This document shows, piece by piece, positions 58,308-64,000 of a stretch of DNA of 64,000 nt (the first letter of the stretch is position 1; each line of letters begins with the position of its first letter). The translations under genes and the position numbers were made by a program. The notes under the pieces are model-generated. The model searched no databases, had not been told where the DNA came from, and worked only from the letters and a program-made list of their open reading frames with translations. Origin of the DNA: Patescibacteria group bacterium (GTDB lineage Bacteria; Patescibacteriota; Microgenomatia; UBA10105; UBA927); contig JBMOPU010000012.1 of NCBI GenBank assembly GCA_049322955.1, positions 788,791-852,790 of the forward strand. The letters are read 5' to 3'.

Positions 58308-59716
58308 AATGTTACCTCCCGTATGACATCGTGTTCCCAATTATATATGTCTCCCGCGCCCATAAACATAACGACGGTATCATGATTCGACAGGGTGCGA
58401 AGAAGGGTTGCCACCGCGTTTTGGTCTTTTGCAAAATGCACCTCTTTGTGATGGGGAGAAAGCTCATTAACGAGCGTCATTCCCGTGATACCCAGCGTAT
58501 CGTGTTCCCGGGCGGACGCGTAAATATCGGTAAGAATGACGGTGTCCGCATCCGAAAAACACGCGCCGAATTCTTTTAACAGCGTTTTGGTTCGGGAGTA
58601 CGTATGCGGCTGAAATACGGCAATAATCCGGGATGACGGATACCATGATCTTGCGGCCTTGAGCGTTGCCGCTATCTCGGTGGGGTGATGGGCGTAATCG
58701 TCGTAGAAACGAAGCGTGTCGGTACTTCCGGGTAACGCCTCAAACCGTCGTTTTGTGCCCGTAAATCCGGTGATGCCTTCCTTGAGTACGTCCCAACCGA
58801 CGCCCGCAATATGCGCGGAAACCATTGCCGCCACGGCATTTAACACGTTATGCCTGCCGGGAACCTTCAGCGAAAATTCACCCAGCGAAACACCGCGTTC
58901 GTGCAACGTAAAAAACATTCTGCCGTTCCCCACCCCCACATGCGTAATCTGATACTCCGCATTCGGGGAGAACCCGAACGTCACGACGTTTTGTTTGCCG
59001 AGAAGCACTCTGCTGTTGGCATCGTCGGCATTACATACGACGGTGGTACTTTTTTCCTGCAGTTTGGTAAATGCCGCCTGGACCTGGGCAAGATCGGCGT
59101 ACGCATCGGGGTGATCAAAATCAATGTTCGTAACGATGAGTATTTCGGGAACAAGCCACAGAAACCGCGGCGTCTGATCATGACCGGGATCAGTGACATA
59201 TTCATCGCCCTCGGCGATGAAAAAACTGCCTTTTCCTTTTCTGCCCGCGGCTCCCAAACCGTTAATCGATCCGCACCCGATCGCCCAGCTCGGTTCACTT
59301 CCGGCGCGGGAAAGGAGCACCGCAACCATGGCACTCGTCGTCGTTTTACCGTGGCTCCCCGAAACGACGATCTGACGTGTTCCCTGCATGATCATCCCGA
59401 GTGCCTGCCCGTGCGGAAATACGGGGATGCCCGCTTCCCGTGCGGCAACGACCTCTACATTATCCCGTCCGTTATGCGCTCCGGTATAATACACGACGTC
59501 GGGTGCCTGCTTCCCCGTCATCCTTGATGCGTCAAAGCCGACCGAGACGGGAATCCGTGCCCGATCAAGTTCTTCCTTTGTGGGGAAATCATCCGCAATA
59601 TCGCTTCCCGTCACCTTCACTCCGCAATCGTTGAGATAAACGGCAAGCGCCGACATGGCGACGCCCTTGACCCCCACAAGATGGGCATGCTTATACGGAA
59701 AGTTTGTGTGTTTCAT
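58304..59716 (-). CDS. murC: UDP-MurNAc--L-alanine ligase
   Basis: GVKGVAMSALA, GSHGKTTT, EGDEY, DDYAHHP, FQPHTYSRT, MGAGD. Confidence 0.95.
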   Translation of the reverse strand: MKHTNFPYKHAHLVGVKGVAMSALAVYLNDCGVKVTGSDIADDFPTKEELDRARIPVSVGFDASRMTGKQAPDVVYYTGAHNGRDNVEVVAAREAGIPVFPHGQALGMIMQGTRQIVVSGSHGKTTTSAMVAVLLSRAGSEPSWAIGCGSINGLGAAGRKGKGSFFIAEGDEYVTDPGHDQTPRFLWLVPEILIVTNIDFDHPDAYADLAQVQAAFTKLQEKSTTVVCNADDANSRVLLGKQNVVTFGFSPNAEYQITHVGVGNGRMFFTLHERGVSLGEFSLKVPGRHNVLNAVAAMVSAHIAGVGWDVLKEGITGFTGTKRRFEALPGSTDTLRFYDDYAHHPTEIAATLKAARSWYPSSRIIAVFQPHTYSRTKTLLKEFGACFSDADTVILTDIYASAREHDTLGITGMTLVNELSPHHKEVHFAKDQNAVATLLRTLSNHDTVVMFMGAGDIYNWEHDVIREVTL

Positions 59717-59722
59717 AATGAA

Positions 59723-60441
59723 TTATCCGGTAATGCCGATCACCCCTATAATTTCTCCGAATGTTTCCTTGGTATCTTTGCGAAACGAAAAAAACGGTCA
59801 TTCTGACACGACGTGCAGGTAACCGGCGCATCAATGTGTACCTGGGTAACGCCTGCGGTAAGAAGCAGTTGTCTGTTCGCATAGCCGATATCAGCGTACC
59901 AGGTATCACCGCTGTTTGAGATAATGAGCGGATCATTACCGAACTTTTTTGCAAACAACTCAGCCCGATCACTCCCTATAGCATAACAGCATCTGCCGAT
60001 ATGCGGACCGATCGATGCATAGATAGTAGCAGGCGTGGCTCCCTGTTGTGTCATACGGGTCACCGCATTTTGCACGATACCGGCAAGCGTTCCCTTCCAG
60101 CCCGCATGCACCGCGGCGACAACTTTTGCCACCGGATCCGCAAGAAGCACCGGCACACAGTCCGCAACATGCACTTCCAGCATGACGGATGGATCCGCCG
60201 TTACCACTCCGTCGACTCCCGAAACCGTCCGGGGAAACGTCGCATCGACGACCGCAACGTCCGAAGCGTGCACCTGTTGCCCCCGAATGACGGGACGGGT
60301 GGTGCCGATAACTTTTTTGATAAACGCATCCGTATTGGTTGCGATTCGTCCGTCACCCATTGTGCGATCCGAATAGCCGTGCGTAATGCCGGGAAGTCCC
60401 GAAAGAAGTGTCGATTGCCCTCTGCCGTTTGTATAAATCAT
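59723..60441 (-). CDS. pgeF: Peptidoglycan editing factor PgeF (YfiH), 1-nt frameshift in a T7 run near the C-terminus
   Basis: QVH, ADCVPV, VHAGWKG, IGPHI..CCY, CTSC; one extra T at 59788-59794 restores FFSFRKDTKETFGEIIGVIGITG*. Confidence 0.88.
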
Positions 60442-61622
60442 CGTGATTTCTTCCGCTTTGCCAAAAGCTTTTTTGCCGCAGACGCATCACTCCAGGGATA
60501 TTCCTTTGTCCCGCGACACAAACTTTGTTCGTGACCTTTTCCAGTCAATATAACGATATCCCCCGGTTTGGCCTGTGAAAACGCAAATACGACCGCGTCT
60601 TTGCGATTGGGGTACCGATGGACTTCTTTGCCCTCGGGAATGCCTTTTGCGATGGCATCCATGATATCCTCGACGTTTTCGGTGCGGAAATCCTCCTCGG
60701 TTAATACGATACAGTTGGCGTATTTTGCCGATGCAGCTCCCATCAGCGGCCGTTTTGACTGATCCCGAAGTCCCGCGCTTCCGAACACGTGAATCAGGCG
60801 TTTTCGCGTCATCTTTCGGACCGTTGAAAGCGCTTTTTCCAATGCGTTGGGAGTGTGGGCAAAATCAACAATAACCTTGAACGGTTTTTCCGCAATGACC
60901 TGCATCCTCCCCACCACCCCCGAAAAATGCTTGAGGGCAGAAAGCGAAACGGAACGGGAAATACCCAAAGCATCCGCGACGGCAAGCGCGGCAAGCGCGT
61001 TATACCGGTTGAACATACCGGGGATCTTGAGGCGCACGGGATGAGTTTTGGGATTCACCATACTGTCGCGGCGTATGCCGTAAGTGATGTAGCGTTTCTT
61101 GGTAAGATACGGCATGCCCGCCATATAAACGTTTGCTTCATCGCGGTTTATGACGGCAACTTTTGCCTGCGAAAGCAGGGTAAGTTTAGTTTTCCGATAG
61201 TTTTCAAACGTGCCGTGCCAATCAAGATGTTCGTGCGTGATATTGGTGATCGCTCCCACGGCAAATCGAACACCGAACACCCGGGACTGACTTAGGGCGT
61301 GGGACGTAACTTCAAGTACCATGTGGGTGTCGCCGTGATCCACCGCCTCCCGCAGATACCGCTGTACCCACCAGGCGGTGGGGGTGGTGACATGGAATCC
61401 CGTGTCATAGGAACGCCCCGCAATCACCGCATGCACCGAGGTGATCATGGAGGCTTTTACCTTGGCTTTTTTCAAAATTTCATACACCATCGTGGTCGTG
61501 GTGGTTTTCCCGTCCGTACCCGTGATACCGATAACCGTGAGTGACCGGCTCGGAAACCGGAACCAGATATTGGCCACAATAGCCACCGCGAGATGGTAGA
61601 GCCCCTTGAGGGTTCGTAGCAT
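60438..61622 (-). CDS. murE: MurE ligase lacking the N-terminal domain
   Basis: GITGTDGKTTT, HVTTP, LEVTSH, HEHLDWH, VDFAHTP, GKGHE; specificity motif EDFR. Confidence 0.9.
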   Translation of the reverse strand: MLRTLKGLYHLAVAIVANIWFRFPSRSLTVIGITGTDGKTTTTTMVYEILKKAKVKASMITSVHAVIAGRSYDTGFHVTTPTAWWVQRYLREAVDHGDTHMVLEVTSHALSQSRVFGVRFAVGAITNITHEHLDWHGTFENYRKTKLTLLSQAKVAVINRDEANVYMAGMPYLTKKRYITYGIRRDSMVNPKTHPVRLKIPGMFNRYNALAALAVADALGISRSVSLSALKHFSGVVGRMQVIAEKPFKVIVDFAHTPNALEKALSTVRKMTRKRLIHVFGSAGLRDQSKRPLMGAASAKYANCIVLTEEDFRTENVEDIMDAIAKGIPEGKEVHRYPNRKDAVVFAFSQAKPGDIVILTGKGHEQSLCRGTKEYPWSDASAAKKLLAKRKKSR

Positions 61623-61698
61623 GAGGCTATTATACCGAAAGTAAGCCGACAAGAGCAAAAAAGCACGCTCAAAACGCCCACGCCTGTTTCATCCGGTG

Positions 61699-61837
61699 GA
61701 AGGGAAAATCGTTGGGAAAAAACCGCAGGTTTTGTCCCAAAGTGGTCAGCGCCCGAGGAAGCCTCGTCCACAACCGTTCATCTGAAGGGAAAATCGTTGG
61801 GAAAAAACCGCAGGTTTTGTCCCAAAGTGGTCAGCGC
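61699..61837. repeat. Two identical 54-bp hairpin-containing direct repeats (61699-61752, 61784-61837) with a 31-bp spacer
   Basis: gaagggaaaatcgttgggaaaaaaccgcaggttttgtcccaaagtggtcagcgc twice. Confidence 0.93.
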
Positions 61838-61843
61838 TCTATG

Positions 61844-63529
61844 TTACTGGGGAGGAATTCCCCAGTACGTGAACAGATCACGCGCAATCGTAAAAAACAG
61901 CGGTGCGGCGGTCTCCGATCCCCAGGGAGAACTCGTGGTCTCGCGAAGCGTCACCAACATAACAAAGCGCGGATTATCTGCGGGAGCAAACCCCACAAAT
62001 GAAGCGATCGTTTTTGTGGCATCGTAATGCCCTGCGATGGGGATCTGGGCCGTTCCGGTTTTCCCCGCCACCCGATAGCCTTTGGGTTTTGCCCATTTCG
62101 CTTCACCGTTATCGACGGCCGCCACCATCATTTCGGTGACAATGCGCGCGGTTTCCGGCTTGAGCACCTGTTGCACCGTTTTGGGCGGGATAGTGATGGT
62201 TTTTCCCGTTGCCTCCCGTATTTCCTTCACAACATGCGGCTCCATGAGCTTTCCGCCGTTGGCGAGCGCGGCTATCGCGCGTACCATCTGCACGGGTGTT
62301 ACCGCGATACCCTGGCCGAACGATGCGGTGTATTGGTCGACTTCACCCCACTCCTTATCGGCACGCAGATCGGGAGAGGCCTCGTCCTCGAGGTCTATGC
62401 GCGTTATCTTGCCGAAGCCGTATTTTTTAATCGCGCCGATGAGTTTATCCTTGCCTAATTTTTTCGCCACATAGACCATACCGACGTTACTGGAGTACTC
62501 GAGCACCTGGGTCATCGTTATTTTGCCGTGATATTGGTTATTCCAGGTGCGTATTTTATACGGTCCCACTTCAACCGGCGCGTCTTCATCCATGACCGTA
62601 TCGGGCTCAACCAGGTTTTCATCAATAGCCGAGGCCATAATGAGGGCCTTAAACGTACTTCCCGGCTCAAACGAACTTCCCACAATGGGATTTTTATACA
62701 GGGATTTATCAAACGCTGAAAAATTCCGTGCGTCATAGTTGGGGAATGCCGCCATGGCAAGAATGCCTCCGGTAGAAGGATCCATGACCACGATGTTGCC
62801 TTCCTTCGCCCCGTACCGTTCCATGCCTTCCTTAAGTCGCCGTTCCACGATCTGTTGCACCACTTTATCCATCCATAACACCAAGGTGCGTCCGTCCTCG
62901 GGCGATATCCGATCTTCCTGACTGATAAGGATAGGGGCACCGTGGGCGTCTTTTTCGAGTCTTCGGGAACCGTCTATACCGCGGAGCTGTCTATCGTAAT
63001 ACCCTTCCAGACCGAAGTACCCTTTGTCCGAACCGTTGACGTCGCTCCCCACAAACCCCGTGAGGTGAGCCGCCGTCGAAGCCTCGGGATAAAACCGCTT
63101 TGGTTCTTTCTCAAATCCCAAACCGCTTAATTGTAACGCCTTGAGCTCGGTTACCACGGGCAGTTCGACTTTGTGGGCAAAGGGCACCCACACCCGGGAC
63201 GTATCGGATAAATCCGTCGCCATTTTGACGGGATCAAGTCCTAAAATTTTGGCCACCTTTTCCGAAAAATCCCGGACATCCGTGATGGTTCGCGGCTCGC
63301 CGTACACCACATAGGCGGGCTGATTTACCACAATCGGTGCGTATTTGCTGTCCAGAATTTCGCCGCGGGCGGCGGGAACCGTAAATTGTATGAAGTGCTG
63401 ATTGGCGGCGGCTTTTTGGAGCCTTGCTCCCGAAATAATCTGCCAGTAAAAAAGACGCATGATAACCAGCGAGAATCCGATCGCGAACAAGGTAAAAAGC
63501 AGTGAGGAGCGACGCTGTGTAGTGCCCAT
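61844..63529 (-). CDS. ftsI: Class B penicillin-binding protein (FtsI-like)
   Basis: RGEI, RFYP, EPGSTFK, SSN, KTGTAQ; follows rsmH and ftsL. Confidence 0.9.
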   Translation of the reverse strand: MGTTQRRSSLLFTLFAIGFSLVIMRLFYWQIISGARLQKAAANQHFIQFTVPAARGEILDSKYAPIVVNQPAYVVYGEPRTITDVRDFSEKVAKILGLDPVKMATDLSDTSRVWVPFAHKVELPVVTELKALQLSGLGFEKEPKRFYPEASTAAHLTGFVGSDVNGSDKGYFGLEGYYDRQLRGIDGSRRLEKDAHGAPILISQEDRISPEDGRTLVLWMDKVVQQIVERRLKEGMERYGAKEGNIVVMDPSTGGILAMAAFPNYDARNFSAFDKSLYKNPIVGSSFEPGSTFKALIMASAIDENLVEPDTVMDEDAPVEVGPYKIRTWNNQYHGKITMTQVLEYSSNVGMVYVAKKLGKDKLIGAIKKYGFGKITRIDLEDEASPDLRADKEWGEVDQYTASFGQGIAVTPVQMVRAIAALANGGKLMEPHVVKEIREATGKTITIPPKTVQQVLKPETARIVTEMMVAAVDNGEAKWAKPKGYRVAGKTGTAQIPIAGHYDATKTIASFVGFAPADNPRFVMLVTLRETTSSPWGSETAAPLFFTIARDLFTYWGIPPQ

Positions 63530-63553
63530 TCCATTATCCTACCACGGACAGCA

Positions 63554-63877
63554 CTACTGTACCGGGGTAAGTAGCGCGTTATGACCGGTATCCAATGCGA
63601 CCGGTACCTGTAACGATAGGTTAAGAATCTGTTTGGTGGTAGGCTCGACGAATCCTTCGGCTAGCGCGCGTTCACGAAGCTGTAACAACGATGAGGCGGA
63701 GGCAACTGCTATGGTAAGTGATTCACGAGCCTCATTCTCTATGCGAACGTCGTGATCAAGAGAAGCCATTTTTTTGCCGAGTGTGGCAAGTTCATTGGAG
63801 ATGATGACCTGGACGATAAGAAGGACGATAGCGGTAATGGGCAGAAGTATTTCAGCGATTCGTAGCAGGCGTTTCAT
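63554..63877 (-). CDS. ftsL: FtsL-like small TM and coiled-coil protein
   Basis: TM plus coiled coil, RALAEGFVEP; lies between rsmH and ftsI. Confidence 0.65.
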   Translation of the reverse strand: MKRLLRIAEILLPITAIVLLIVQVIISNELATLGKKMASLDHDVRIENEARESLTIAVASASSLLQLRERALAEGFVEPTTKQILNLSLQVPVALDTGHNALLTPVQ

Positions 63878-64000
63878 GGTTTTGTTTTGTTGCTATTCGT
63901 AATTTTGCACTTCGGCTTCTCCGGTTGTTTTCCGCTTCTTCATCGGTCGGCCGTATGGGATGTACCGTTTCCACTTTCCACCCGGCTTTCCGCATAAATA
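63852..64000 (-). CDS. rsmH: 16S rRNA m4C1402 methyltransferase RsmH, 3' end only
   Basis: Hand translation PIRPTDEEAENNRRSRSAKLRIA. Confidence 0.9.
   Translation of the reverse strand, partial: FMRKAGWKVETVHPIRPTDEEAENNRRSRSAKLRIATKQNHETPATNR

Noticed and set aside
61699-61837. CRISPR array interpretation of the repeat-spacer-repeat
   Set aside because: Only two units, a 54-bp repeat is long for CRISPR, the spacer is itself palindromic, there are no cas genes in the window and a diverged solo copy exists elsewhere
1-64000. Alternative genetic code (UGA=Gly, as in Gracilibacteria/Absconditabacteria)
   Set aside because: Conserved genes such as rplU, murA and mltG end at TGA at the expected lengths and are not fragmented
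1-64000. DGR, retron, transposase, rRNA, tmRNA or RNase P RNA
   Set aside because: No reverse transcriptase or transposase motifs, no TR/VR pair noticed and no intergenic space with the relevant signatures

Overview
Bacterial chromosomal window, standard genetic code (TGA acts as stop). The gene complement (type-2 IleRS, archaeal-type GlmU, short MurE, membrane-anchored MurF, many GT-C glycosyltransferases, few Shine-Dalgarno sites) points to Patescibacteria/CPR, probably Microgenomates; this is an inference. Layout: (1) 1-6.8 kb small housekeeping genes, mltG and tRNA-Thr(CGT) behind a structured leader; (2) 6.8-18.9 kb surface glycosylation cluster and a secreted lipase, with an AT-rich patch whose edges fall inside genes; (3) 18.9-21.7 kb ORFans, a thermonuclease and tRNA-Val(GAC); (4) lepB, parB-rpmA-methyltransferase-rplU, rodA and ileS under a T-box riboswitch, then a MacAB-like exporter; (5) 32.4-41.5 kb accessory singletons, an AT-rich island and a degenerate LAGLIDADG gene; (6) 41.5-64 kb expanded dcw cluster (rsmH to ftsZ). 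Best leads: an actinobacterial-type ultrashort-Stem-I ileS T-box joined to a U7 terminator abutting the ATG; a candidate non-canonical peptidoglycan module inside dcw (EDFR-type MurE, hydrolase, TM-MurF, DegT aminotransferase, FemABX); a dispersed hairpin repeat with a compensatory base-pair change; an apparently nuclease-dead LAGLIDADG gene beside ftsZ; pervasive -10-N6-8-ATG (leaderless-like) gene starts; and a uORF plus terminator attenuator. All calls are by eye and motif recall; no searches were run.
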